Shown here: positions 53,479 to 63,201 of the stretch, one piece after another
How the letters are laid out: the number at the start of each line of letters is the position of its first letter
How positions within the stretch are numbered: position 1 is the stretch's first letter
DNA from: Patescibacteria group bacterium
GTDB lineage: Bacteria; Patescibacteriota; Gracilibacteria; UBA4473
Length of the DNA: 64,000 nucleotides
NCBI GenBank assembly: GCA_965660445.1
Contig: CBFIAK010000001.1
Span: forward strand, 128,001 to 192,000
Reading direction: 5' to 3'
The notes under the pieces: model-generated
What the model saw: only the letters and a program-made list of their open reading frames with translations
Told to the model about the DNA's origin: nothing
The model's database searches: none
Translations under genes and position numbers: made by a program

Positions 53479-54144
53479 TTAAAAACAAGAGACAAACTGA
53501 AACAAGTCTTCTTCTGGTGTTTTGCTTTTTGTAATGGCTGTTGCCACAAGAAACCCCTTTGCTCCTAATTCAAGCGCAATACGAACATCTTCTGGGGTAT
53601 TAATACCAGCCCCCACGCAAATATCAATACCGTGAGCAAGATCCACCGACTCACGAATAGATTCAGGATGTGCCGATGAAACGGAAAGCGTTCGAGATCC
53701 AATCAGTTCTGGTGGTTCAAACGCAAGCATATCTGGACGAAAATGAGAAAAATTATGAATTTCAGCAGGCGACTCTGCACACAATATTGTCTGTAAACCG
53801 GATAATTGTGCTTGTTGAATAATCTGAGGGATTATTTCTGGAGAAACTCGTTTTTCTGAATGATTTATAAGCGTACCCATTCCACCCCAAGTGCGAACAC
53901 TTTCAGGAAGAATAGATCCAGTAGAGCTTCCAAACGATATAGGATCGATATGTTGTACAAAAACAGGAATTGAAACCGCTTGTGAGACAGCATGCAAATC
54001 AAGCACTGAAACACAAACCGCTATACGAGCACCTGTTCGCTGAGCGACTTTTTCGTGAATACGAGCTAATTCTACTGCTTTTTTTCCAACTGCATCGGGG
54101 TGGTTTTTGAAATTCGTAATCCAGATTGGGTTTTTGTTTGTCAT
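53479..54144 (-). CDS. tpiA: Triosephosphate isomerase, archaeal-type
   Basis: NFK, QHIDP, NHSEKR, EPPELIG, GAGI; 221 aa. Confidence 0.9.
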   Translation of the reverse strand: MTNKNPIWITNFKNHPDAVGKKAVELARIHEKVAQRTGARIAVCVSVLDLHAVSQAVSIPVFVQHIDPISFGSSTGSILPESVRTWGGMGTLINHSEKRVSPEIIPQIIQQAQLSGLQTILCAESPAEIHNFSHFRPDMLAFEPPELIGSRTLSVSSAHPESIRESVDLAHGIDICVGAGINTPEDVRIALELGAKGFLVATAITKSKTPEEDLFQFVSCF

Positions 54145-54204
54145 ACTTCCAGTATAAATCCTTCATTCTTATTTGCAAGAGAAGGGTTTTTTGTGATAAT
54201 ACAT

Positions 54205-56673
54205 ATGATGGCAAACTCTTTTCTGTCCCCACTATTTATTACTGTATGGGTTTTTATAGGACTTGTTTTTTTCTTATGGGGAATGAGTCTCATTCGGAAA
54301 CGAAACGCATTTCGATCGTCTTTAGAATATACTTTTTTTCAAATCCTGATTCCGAAAAAAGAATCAAAAGATGATATGGAAAAAGAACGAGATCAAACAT
54401 CAGAGATGCGAAAAGTAGTCAGCATTGCTGATCATTTCTTTTCAACTGTTCATGGGATATATCGTGGAGGTCTTCAGCGATTTTTTGTTCCACAAGAAAC
54501 TCTTTCGTTTGAATATATTGCTCGAGAAGGAGATATTTTATTTTTCGTTGGATGCAGTAGAACTCTGGCACCTTTAATTGAAAAACAAATCACCAGTTTT
54601 TATCCAGAAGCTATTCTTACAGAAACAGAAAGCCCCCGACTTTTTAGCGAAAAAACATCACAGTCGGCTATCAGCTTAATAACCGGAAAAGAATTCTCCT
54701 TTCCATTAAAGACATACACTCAATTTGAATCAACTGATCCGATAAACAATATCTTAAACGCTCTATCCAATGCTTCTGATGAAAAAGGAGCTTCTGCTGG
54801 TATCCAGATTCTTATTCGACCCGTGCCTGACACATGGCAACCAAAAGCAAGAAAAAAAGCACGAGAACTCTCTGAAGGAAAAGGGTTAAATGGAAGCTGG
54901 AACCCTTTTGTATGGCTTATGAACGGAGTAAGTGTTTTATTTCGAGGTATCGAAAATAAAAACGAACAATCGAACAAAAAAGAGTCTGATGAATCGCAAG
55001 AAACAGTCAAAGCGATTGAATCTAAGTCTCAACAATTTGCATTCGAGACAGCAATACGAGTCGTAACATCTTCTCCTCAGAAACGACTACAAGAAATGCA
55101 TATGAAATCAATTACCAATAGTTTTTCTCAGTTTAATTCACCAGTACTCAATAGTGTCGGAACTGAGAAATGGGTTTCTAATCGATCTATTATACGACAT
55201 TTTTTATTACGATCGTTTCCAGAATCAATGCTTTGGAAAAAACGAAAAATGATTCTATCAACTGCAGAACTAGCAAGTTTATATCATTTCCCACACACAA
55301 AGTTTAATTCAATACCTGGCGTTGTATGGCAAAACTATAAAATTGTAAAAGCGCCAAACAATATTCCAAAAGAAGGTATTTTGTTAGGACACAATGTATA
55401 CCGAAACCAAAAAATTCCGATTCATATAAAAAAGAATGATCGATTTCGTCATTTTTATGTCATTGGACAAACAGGAACTGGAAAATCATCTATTTTCCAA
55501 TCGATGATACGACAAGACATGGAAAACGGAGATGGACTGTGTGTAATTGACCCGCATGGAAGTTTGATTGATAGTATTTTACCATTTGTGCCTTCTTCTC
55601 GAATAGACGATGTTATTATATTTGATCCATCTGATACAGAGCGTCCTATGGGATTGAATTTATTAGAAGCACAAACTGAGGAAGAAAGAGATATGGTTGC
55701 GCTTGATGCTATGAATTTAATGATTAAGTTATTTGATGAAGAAATTTTCGGACCTCGGATTCAAGACTATTTCCGAAACGGAGTTTTAACTCTTATGGCT
55801 GATCCACAAGGAGGTTCTCTCACGGATATCGTAAAGCTCTTTACAGATGAAGGATTTCAAAGAGCCAAAATTTCACATGTTAAAAACCCGATTGTCCGAT
55901 CTTTTTGGAATAATCAAATGGCAAAAACAGGGGCAAGAGAAAAAGCTGAAATAATTCCTTATTTTGCCGCAAAATTCGGAGCGTTTATTACAAATTCAAT
56001 GCTTCGTAATATCATTGGTCAAACAAAGTCAGCATTTGATTTTTCAAAAAGCATGCAAGAAGGGAAAATATTACTTATGAATTTATCAAAAGGAACAACT
56101 GGAGACATAAATTCAAAATTACTGGGATTAATTTTGGTATCAAAACTACAGATGGCAACGTTACGACGACAAAAACAACTATCAGAAGGGAGAACTCCTC
56201 GTGATTTCTTTTTATACATTGATGAGTTTCAAAACTATGTCACTGATTCCATTGAATCAATCTTATCTGAAGCTCGAAAATATCGCCTATCTTTAAACAT
56301 TGCACACCAATATATAAACCAAATAGACACATCAAACCAAAAAAAAGGGGTGAATTTAAAAGATGCAATTTTTGGAAACGTGGGAACAATGATGTGTTAC
56401 AAAATCGGTGCACAAGACGCAGAGTATATGGCAAAAGAAATGGCGCCCTCATTCACTGATCATGATTTAGTAAACATTGATAAATACCAAGCAGTAATCA
56501 AACTCTCAATCGATACACAACCCTCAAAACCATTTTCTATAACGCCACTCAACCCTTATATCGAAAGTGGAAACGAAGAAATGAAAATAGCCCTCAAACA
56601 AATTTCAAGACTCACTTATGGGCGATCTAAAAAGTTTGTTGAAAAAGAAATATTTACTCGACTTGATATATAG
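54205..56673 (+). CDS. TraD/VirD4 (T4CP)/HerA-like membrane ATPase
   Basis: N-terminal TM, DRFRHFYVIGQTGTGKS, IDPHG, YIDEFQN, SEARKY, AHQY..Q. Confidence 0.85.
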   Translation: MMANSFLSPLFITVWVFIGLVFFLWGMSLIRKRNAFRSSLEYTFFQILIPKKESKDDMEKERDQTSEMRKVVSIADHFFSTVHGIYRGGLQRFFVPQETLSFEYIAREGDILFFVGCSRTLAPLIEKQITSFYPEAILTETESPRLFSEKTSQSAISLITGKEFSFPLKTYTQFESTDPINNILNALSNASDEKGASAGIQILIRPVPDTWQPKARKKARELSEGKGLNGSWNPFVWLMNGVSVLFRGIENKNEQSNKKESDESQETVKAIESKSQQFAFETAIRVVTSSPQKRLQEMHMKSITNSFSQFNSPVLNSVGTEKWVSNRSIIRHFLLRSFPESMLWKKRKMILSTAELASLYHFPHTKFNSIPGVVWQNYKIVKAPNNIPKEGILLGHNVYRNQKIPIHIKKNDRFRHFYVIGQTGTGKSSIFQSMIRQDMENGDGLCVIDPHGSLIDSILPFVPSSRIDDVIIFDPSDTERPMGLNLLEAQTEEERDMVALDAMNLMIKLFDEEIFGPRIQDYFRNGVLTLMADPQGGSLTDIVKLFTDEGFQRAKISHVKNPIVRSFWNNQMAKTGAREKAEIIPYFAAKFGAFITNSMLRNIIGQTKSAFDFSKSMQEGKILLMNLSKGTTGDINSKLLGLILVSKLQMATLRRQKQLSEGRTPRDFFLYIDEFQNYVTDSIESILSEARKYRLSLNIAHQYINQIDTSNQKKGVNLKDAIFGNVGTMMCYKIGAQDAEYMAKEMAPSFTDHDLVNIDKYQAVIKLSIDTQPSKPFSITPLNPYIESGNEEMKIALKQISRLTYGRSKKFVEKEIFTRLDI

Positions 56674-56683
56674 GAGGCGCAGT

Positions 56684-56707
56684 GAAGTGAAAAAGGTTTT
56701 TCACTTC
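56684..56707. terminator. Hairpin/terminator after the ATPase gene
   Basis: GAAGTGAAAAA-GG-TTTTTCACTTC. Confidence 0.55.
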
Positions 56708-57164
56708 AGAATTATGAATTAAGAATTAGGAATTATGGGGGAAGAGCAGGAGCTACATGGAATCTTGAATCCAGAATCTAGAATCTAGAATAAATCACAG
56801 AAATCGCAGGAATCACAAGTCTTTGCAAAGCCTTATGATTGTTCCTTATTTCTCAAGCTGAATCTCAATCTTAATTCTTATAAAATAGAGACCGGTCTCC
56901 ATTTTTCGTAGATATAGACTGAAAAATAATAGAAGTTTTAGAGTTTGACATACAAAATCACATGTTTAAGCCAAAACTTAGAGACCGGTCTCCAAGTTTT
57001 GGCTTCACTGTGTGTTTTTTTGTTTTTTTAGAGTTATTGTATAACAATAAAATCTGGAATCTTGAATCTAGAATAAATCGCAGGAATCACAAAAAAATCA
57101 CAAGGATGTGCAAAGCCTTGTGATTTTCCCTTAATTCATAATTCCTAATTCATTATTCCAATTC
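56708..57164. repeat. Composite palindromic repeat element, copy C (inverted relative to A)
   Basis: GAGACCGGTCTC at 56888 and 56981; 38-bp palindrome 56968-57005; heptamer arrays at both ends. Confidence 0.9.
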
Positions 57165-58232
57165 TTACGCTCTTTTTTGACGACGACTATCAAGAGAAAA
57201 ATCATAATCGTACACCGCACGCCCAACACGAACAAAAAATGGATATTTCTGAAGGTTTAAAGAAATAGTTCCTAATCGAATATCTCGTTTCTTTAAAACC
57301 CCTTGAATAATATCCTGACGTTTCATAGGCCCCTTGTTTTCCTTTAATACAGAAATAATAACATCACATACCGTTCCAGCAGGCAGATTCCATTCTCGCA
57401 ATCCATACATCCCACGTCCCACTAAAATAAACTCTTCATGACGAATCAAATCATTATGAATAGCCTGTGCTGTTACTTTCTTTTTAGAACTAAAATCATT
57501 TAATACATGATCCACGATATCACTAAAGTGCATTGGCTTTCCTGATTTTCGCAAAGAAACCATGATTTTATCTTTAATTGATCGAGGGTTTATAGTTCTC
57601 CATGATTTAATTCCCCAACCATGATCGGTCTTTAAAAATTCCCAATGAACCATCAATAGAGAATGAATCATCTCTGGTGTATACTGATTTAATCTTGAAT
57701 TAAGTGATTCTATAGAAAGAGTATCTCCGTGCTTCTCAATGATTTGAGTTATTTTTTGAACAGCTGATTTAATTTCTTGAATTTTTAGGTCTTTTGTATA
57801 CCAAAAAGAACGAAAAAACTGATTTTTTTCTTGTTTCAAAATCTTATCAGAAACACAAATAGCCAACTTCATAGCATTTACATTCACATTGTTTGCATCT
57901 TTTAAATTTTTTAACATTTCAGAAATCAAACGATCCTCTGCCATTATTTTTCCATTCGCTACCAAAATACTGTGTGCCAAATCATGGATATAACGAATTG
58001 AAGGCTCCATTGATATACGAGCCAATTTCTTCATAGCAACAGATTCAATCTGCCGAACACGCTCACGAGTAATTGAATAACTTTTTCCAATGCTCTCAAG
58101 AGTCTCCTTTTTTCCGTTTTTCAATAAAAAACGCCGCTCGATAATACTTTTCTCTTTCGAGGTAAGCAAACCAAGAAGCGAATCCATTACCTCTGAAAAA
58201 TTAATCTTTTTTTGTAGCGTTTGTGCTTTCAT
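57165..58232 (-). CDS. Sigma70 region-4 HTH fused to HARE-HTH/RNAP-delta-like winged helices
   Basis: TLESIG..YSITRERVRQIE; GKPMHF; IHNDLI...FILVGRGMYGL.EW. Confidence 0.8.
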   Translation of the reverse strand: MKAQTLQKKINFSEVMDSLLGLLTSKEKSIIERRFLLKNGKKETLESIGKSYSITRERVRQIESVAMKKLARISMEPSIRYIHDLAHSILVANGKIMAEDRLISEMLKNLKDANNVNVNAMKLAICVSDKILKQEKNQFFRSFWYTKDLKIQEIKSAVQKITQIIEKHGDTLSIESLNSRLNQYTPEMIHSLLMVHWEFLKTDHGWGIKSWRTINPRSIKDKIMVSLRKSGKPMHFSDIVDHVLNDFSSKKKVTAQAIHNDLIRHEEFILVGRGMYGLREWNLPAGTVCDVIISVLKENKGPMKRQDIIQGVLKKRDIRLGTISLNLQKYPFFVRVGRAVYDYDFSLDSRRQKRA

Positions 58233-58438
58233 ATTCAGAAAAAATTATATAAATATTCAATAATATAAAAAAATGTCATGAGAATAGTAAGACTTATTTC
58301 ACAAGTTGTCAATTTTTTCACTTGTCATATTTTATTATTATTTTTTATTATAAATAAGAGTAAAGAAAAAAATATCACAAAAAAACAAATACAAAAAAAG
58401 CAAAACAAAAAACAAACACATAAAAAAAAAGAAAATAT

Positions 58439-58466
58439 TTGACAGAAGAAAAAAAATTCATACCCT
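58439..58466 (+). promoter_or_regulatory. S10 operon promoter
   Basis: TTGACA-16-TACCCT with an A-rich UP region. Confidence 0.55.
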
Positions 58467-58516
58467 AACGAGGCTCTTTTAGAGTAAATCACTTTCTAGA
58501 ATTAGGAATAATTCAT

Positions 58517-58903
58517 ATGGTAAAAAATCAAAAAACGGATTCAGCTTCTTCCAGTAAAGCCACTAAGAAAGCAAGTGGTAAGAAAACGGAAGTTATTACT
58601 CAGAAAGTAAGAATCATTCTAAAGGCTTATGACTACATTGTAGTTGATAAAGCTGCACGACTCATTATAGATACAGCTGAACGAGGCGGGTCTTTGGTGA
58701 GTGGTCCTGTTCCACTACAAACAAAAATAAAAAAGTACACAATAAATCGATCATTCTTTGTAAACAAAGATGCTCGAGATCAATACGAAATTCGAATTCA
58801 CAAACGATTGCTTGATATAAAAGAACCAACACCTCAAACAATTGAATTGTTGCAAAACCTATCGCTCCCAGAAGGAGTTGATATTGAAATTAAAATGATG
58901 TAA
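58517..58903 (+). CDS. rpsJ: 30S ribosomal protein S10 (with N-terminal extension)
   Basis: RIILKAYD, SGPVPL, IHKRLLDI. Confidence 0.96.
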   Translation: MVKNQKTDSASSSKATKKASGKKTEVITQKVRIILKAYDYIVVDKAARLIIDTAERGGSLVSGPVPLQTKIKKYTINRSFFVNKDARDQYEIRIHKRLLDIKEPTPQTIELLQNLSLPEGVDIEIKMM

Positions 58904-58923
58904 CTCTCTTAAAACCTCCAGAA

Positions 58924-59511
58924 ATGAAAGGATTACTAGCTCGCAAAATCGGCATGACACACATCATTTCACCAGAAGATGGTGCTATGATTCCTGTGAC
59001 ATTACTCCACGTACCTGAAAACAAAATTCTTCAAGTGAAAACGGCGAAAACTGATGGATATTCTGCGTGTGTATTGGCATCATTTGAACGAAATAAAAAA
59101 TACAAAAACACGGGTCTACGTTACACATTTATAAAAGAAGTAAAAGGAGAGAATGAAGATTGGAAAAAAGATGCAGTATTAACTGTTGCTGATTTTGAAG
59201 GAGTTGAAAAAGTAAACATCACTGGTGTTTCAAAAGGACGAGGATTTGCTGGGGTTATTAAACGACATAATTTTGCTCGAGGGCGAGAAACACATGGTTC
59301 TCACCATCACCGAGAACCTGGTTCATCTGGGATGTGTGCAAAACCAGGTCGAATTATAAAAGGAAAACGAATGCCTGGACACTACGGAGTTGATCAACAA
59401 ACTATTCGATCAGTGAAAGTAGTAGATACGGATTCAGCGAATAACATTATCGCTGTTAAAGGAGCTGTTCCGGGGGCTCGAAATAGTTTTGTATCGATTA
59501 TCGCAGCATAA
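58924..59511 (+). CDS. rplC: 50S ribosomal protein L3
   Basis: KIGMT, SKGRGFAGVIKRH, KGKRMPGH. Confidence 0.96.
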   Translation: MKGLLARKIGMTHIISPEDGAMIPVTLLHVPENKILQVKTAKTDGYSACVLASFERNKKYKNTGLRYTFIKEVKGENEDWKKDAVLTVADFEGVEKVNITGVSKGRGFAGVIKRHNFARGRETHGSHHHREPGSSGMCAKPGRIIKGKRMPGHYGVDQQTIRSVKVVDTDSANNIIAVKGAVPGARNSFVSIIAA

Positions 59512-60146
59512 TGAACATAGATATTTATACCAGTACGGGAGAAAAAAAAGGTACTCAGTCATTACCAAAAGCTTTGTTTGAAGTAAATGTAAACGAAGGT
59601 TTGATGCATAGGGCTGTTGTTATGCGATTAGCAAACGCACGAAAGCCTATTGCTCATACAAAAACAAGAGCTGAAGTGGTTATGACTACGAAAAAAGCAT
59701 TTCGTCAAAAAGGAACTGGACGTGCTCGACGAGGAGCTTTGTCAACAAACTTATTACGAGGTGGGGGGGTGACACATGGTCCACGAAGCATACAAAGTTT
59801 TGCTATAGATATGTCAAAAAAAGAAAGACGATTAGCATTGTTTTCAAGTTTAACAGTGAAAGCAAATGAAAAAAGCATCTTTGGTTTAGAAGCGTTAGGA
59901 TATGAAATACCAAAAACAAAATCATTTTCTGATCTTCTTAAAAAACTTCCTGAAGCAAAAAAATATCTTTTTGTTATTCCAAAAAAAGATCCTATATTTG
60001 AGAAATCAGTTTCAAATATTCCAAATGTGTCTGTGTTATTAGCTCAGTATTTAAACCCACTTGATGTATTAAAAGCTGAAAAAATTTGTTTTGTTTCTGA
60101 TGCACTTCAATCCGCTGAAAGTATATTCTTATCTTCTCAAAAATAA
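59511..60146 (+). CDS. rplD: 50S ribosomal protein L4
   Basis: TKTRAEV, RQKGTGRARRG, GGG..HGP. Confidence 0.96.
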   Translation: MNIDIYTSTGEKKGTQSLPKALFEVNVNEGLMHRAVVMRLANARKPIAHTKTRAEVVMTTKKAFRQKGTGRARRGALSTNLLRGGGVTHGPRSIQSFAIDMSKKERRLALFSSLTVKANEKSIFGLEALGYEIPKTKSFSDLLKKLPEAKKYLFVIPKKDPIFEKSVSNIPNVSVLLAQYLNPLDVLKAEKICFVSDALQSAESIFLSSQK

Positions 60147-60433
60147 TGGTACTAGTAGAAAACGTATTACGACGCCCAATTGTAACAGAAAAAACTGTTT
60201 CACAAAAAGACAAATTTTCTTTTGCCGTTCATGCAGATGCATCAAAAGCAGATATAGTGAAAGCAGTTCAAGAATTTTACGGGGTGAGCGCAGAAAAAGT
60301 AAATATTGTAAATCTTCCACAAAAAACACGAATCATTCGTCGTGGACAAGTAGCTCGAAAACGAGCACCTTTTAAAAAAGCAATTGTAACTCTTAAAAAA
60401 GGAGAAACTCTTGATTTTAACGCATTTAAATAA
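60146..60433 (+). CDS. rplW: 50S ribosomal protein L23
   Basis: PIVTEK, KKAIVTL. Confidence 0.95.
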   Translation: MVLVENVLRRPIVTEKTVSQKDKFSFAVHADASKADIVKAVQEFYGVSAEKVNIVNLPQKTRIIRRGQVARKRAPFKKAIVTLKKGETLDFNAFK

Positions 60434-60442
60434 TCTTTCATT

Positions 60443-61282
60443 ATGGGAATTAAATTACTAAAAGCAACAACAAACGGACAACGTGACATGAGTTATGTTG
60501 ACGGTGCACAACTAGCTCCTTCAAAGAAGAAGTACAAACATCTTCTTGTGCCGGGTCGAAAAGTAACAGGACGTGGAAAACACGGAATCACGATTCGACA
60601 TCGAGGAGGAGGAACTCGTGCAGCATATCGAAAAGTAGATTTTTCAGGAGTTGATAAACTTGGAATTCCAGGAAAAATTGAAGCTATTGAATACGATCCA
60701 AATCGAACAGCTTATATTGCTTTGGTTTTATATGTTGATGGAGAACGACGATACCAATTAGCACATAAGAATGCAAAAGTGGGAGATGAAACTATTACCG
60801 ACACAAAAGCAAAAGTAAGAGAAGGGAACCGAATGCAACTCAAAAACATCCCTGTTGGTTTTTCTGTTTTTAATGTAGAAATAACACCAAACAAAGGGGG
60901 GCAAGTAGTTCGATCTGCCGGACAAAAAGCACAGCTCACATCACTTGATGGAGATATGGCACAAGTATTACTTCCATCAGGAGAAATTCGATTTGTAAAT
61001 AAAGATTGTTTTGCAACAATTGGAATTCTCTCAAACGAAGAAAAAAGTCTTGTTCGTATTGGAAAAGCTGGTCGAGTTCGACACACTGGTCGACGTCCTC
61101 AAGTTCGAGGAAAAGCGATGAATCCAATTGACCATCCACATGGAGGAGGAGAAGCTGCAAATTCTATTGGGCTTCGGTATCCAAAAACACCATGGGGAGC
61201 TCCTGCATTAGGAGTAAAAACAAGAAAACGTAGTAAAGATAACAAACTTATTGTTCGATCTCGACACCGAGCAAAAAAATAA
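60443..61282 (+). CDS. rplB: 50S ribosomal protein L2
   Basis: IEYDPNRTA, RG.AMNPIDHPHGGGE. Confidence 0.97.
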   Translation: MGIKLLKATTNGQRDMSYVDGAQLAPSKKKYKHLLVPGRKVTGRGKHGITIRHRGGGTRAAYRKVDFSGVDKLGIPGKIEAIEYDPNRTAYIALVLYVDGERRYQLAHKNAKVGDETITDTKAKVREGNRMQLKNIPVGFSVFNVEITPNKGGQVVRSAGQKAQLTSLDGDMAQVLLPSGEIRFVNKDCFATIGILSNEEKSLVRIGKAGRVRHTGRRPQVRGKAMNPIDHPHGGGEAANSIGLRYPKTPWGAPALGVKTRKRSKDNKLIVRSRHRAKK

Positions 61283-61318
61283 TATATTCCTTTATTTCTA
61301 TTTTAAATTCTATAATTC

Positions 61319-61597
61319 ATGACACGATCTGCAAAAAAAGGTCCATACATTGATCCTCGAGTTGAAAAAAAAGTGAAAACTTTAGATGCTTCAGGAGAAA
61401 AGAAAGTGATTAAAACATGGTCACGATCTTGCACCATAACTCCAGAGTTCGTTGGACACACATTTGGTGTACACAACGGAAAAGAACACATTCCTGTGTT
61501 TTGTACTGAATCAATGGTTGGTCATAAATTAGGAGAATTTTCTCCAACTCGAAAATTCCGAGGACATGGAGGAAAGTTAGCAAAAAAACAAAAATAA
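61319..61597 (+). CDS. rpsS: 30S ribosomal protein S19
   Basis: [23 protein letters not shown]. Confidence 0.97.
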   Translation: MTRSAKKGPYIDPRVEKKVKTLDASGEKKVIKTWSRSCTITPEFVGHTFGVHNGKEHIPVFCTESMVGHKLGEFSPTRKFRGHGGKLAKKQK

Positions 61598-61627
61598 TTT
61601 TATTTTTTAAAAAACGGCTTATACAGC

Positions 61628-61960
61628 ATGAAAGCACATTTAAGAAACATTCGTATATCACCCAAAAAGGCAAATATTGTTGCTGGACTCATCCGGAACA
61701 AATCTGCTGTAGAGGCATTGAATATACTCAAATTCACGCCGAAAAAAGCATCTCAATTACTCTACAAAACATTAGCTTCTGCTATTAGTAATGCAGAAAA
61801 TAATGAGAGTGAGAAAAGAGAATCATTGGTGATTCAAGAGGTTGTTATTAATAAAGGACCTGTATTAAAAAGATTTCTTCCTTCTACTCGTGGTCGAGCT
61901 TTACCATTACAAAAGCCAACCACTCATATTTCAATTTATCTTTCAAAAACTAATAATTAA
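61628..61960 (+). CDS. rplV: 50S ribosomal protein L22
   Basis: RISPKKA, SAISNAENN, GP.LKRF. Confidence 0.96.
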   Translation: MKAHLRNIRISPKKANIVAGLIRNKSAVEALNILKFTPKKASQLLYKTLASAISNAENNESEKRESLVIQEVVINKGPVLKRFLPSTRGRALPLQKPTTHISIYLSKTNN

Positions 61961-62613
61961 TGGGAAAAAAAGTATCACCGCATTCAATTCGTATAGGAAT
62001 AACTCGTGGATGGGATTCTATTTGGTTTGCAAAACGAGGATTTAAAGAAAAATTTCTTCAAGATATTGAAATTCGAAAAATGCTCGAAAAAAAGTTTGAG
62101 AAAGCAAAAGTAGCAAAAGTTGAAATCAAACGAGATGCAAAAAAAGCACGAGTTGTGATTCATTCTGGAAAACCAGGGCTTATTATTGGTCGGGGAGGAG
62201 AACAAATTCAAGAAATAGCAAAAGAACTTTCAGAAAAATATAATGATAAGTTTGATGTTTCCATTCAAGAAGTTCGAAAAGTTGACGGAAGTGCCCCACT
62301 TATTGCACAATCTATTGCGGATCAAGTTTCTCGACGGTTTCCATATCGACGAGTTGTAAAAATGGCTGTTGATAGAGCAAAGGAATCAGGAGTAAAAGGA
62401 ATAAAAGTTATTGTTTCTGGCCGATTAAATGGAGTTGATATTGCTCGAAAAGAAACCTATAACTACGGAAAAGTTCCACTTCACACACTTCGGGCAAATA
62501 TTGATTATTCAACAGCAGAAGCATCAACAATGTACGGAATTATAGGAGTAAAAGTTTGGGTGTATCATGGACTTGTGTTTAAAGAAAAAAGAGACGATCA
62601 ATTATTATTTTAA
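61960..62613 (+). CDS. rpsC: 30S ribosomal protein S3
   Basis: PG.IIGRGG, SGRLNG..IAR, PLHTLRANIDY, YGIIGVKVW. Confidence 0.97.
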   Translation: MGKKVSPHSIRIGITRGWDSIWFAKRGFKEKFLQDIEIRKMLEKKFEKAKVAKVEIKRDAKKARVVIHSGKPGLIIGRGGEQIQEIAKELSEKYNDKFDVSIQEVRKVDGSAPLIAQSIADQVSRRFPYRRVVKMAVDRAKESGVKGIKVIVSGRLNGVDIARKETYNYGKVPLHTLRANIDYSTAEASTMYGIIGVKVWVYHGLVFKEKRDDQLLF

Positions 62614-62615
62614 AT

Positions 62616-62648
62616 AAAAAAAAATCCCGAATATTCGGGATTTTTTTT
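62616..62648. terminator. Bidirectional terminator ending the S10 cluster at rpsC
   Basis: A9-TCCCGAA-TA-TTCGGGA-T8. Confidence 0.85.
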
Positions 62649-62674
62649 AACACAAATGAAATGATAATTATAAG

Positions 62675-63133
62675 CTATGCTGCTTTTTTAGCTTCTTTTG
62701 CTTTATTTGCTTTTCGATGAGCAGAATATGAAACAGCTCCTTTACCACCATCAACTACAACACCAACGGCACCACTGTGTTTATTATTTTTAGGGTTCTT
62801 TTTTCCAACAACCCCATGAGCAGTATGCAAAGCAGCTCCAGTTATATTTGTAGCAGCTCGTGATCCAGTTTCAGCAATAGATCCAACTACATTTTTTGTA
62901 AGGTTTACTCCCCCTTTAATAATAGGATGAGTAATACTTGGTGCTACTTTTAAAAGTGGAATCTTTTTGAGCACTTGATGCACTTTATCACTTACAAAAT
63001 CAACCGCTTTAAACGGAATATCTGTAACCGATCGAACACCTGAAGAAACCTTATCATGGATATCTACATTTTCTGCATTTTTATACAGATATCGGGTAGA
63101 TACCGATTGAGAAGAAAGAGAAATATTTTTCAT
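62675..63133 (-). CDS. Basic Gly/Val/Lys-rich orphan protein
   Basis: 152-aa ORF with its own TTGACT promoter-like region and a shared terminator. Confidence 0.6.
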   Translation of the reverse strand: MKNISLSSQSVSTRYLYKNAENVDIHDKVSSGVRSVTDIPFKAVDFVSDKVHQVLKKIPLLKVAPSITHPIIKGGVNLTKNVVGSIAETGSRAATNITGAALHTAHGVVGKKNPKNNKHSGAVGVVVDGGKGAVSYSAHRKANKAKEAKKAA

Positions 63134-63201
63134 GAGAAAATGTTAAGATTAAATATTACAAATACATAATACAACAAAAAAAAACAAAAAGTCAATATAT
63201 T

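Noticed and set aside
16076-56992. Cloning artefact, because GAGACC-GGTCTC is two back-to-back BsaI sites
   Set aside because: The cores sit in naturally diverged, covarying flanks, and one copy is a variant (GAGACCTGTCTC).
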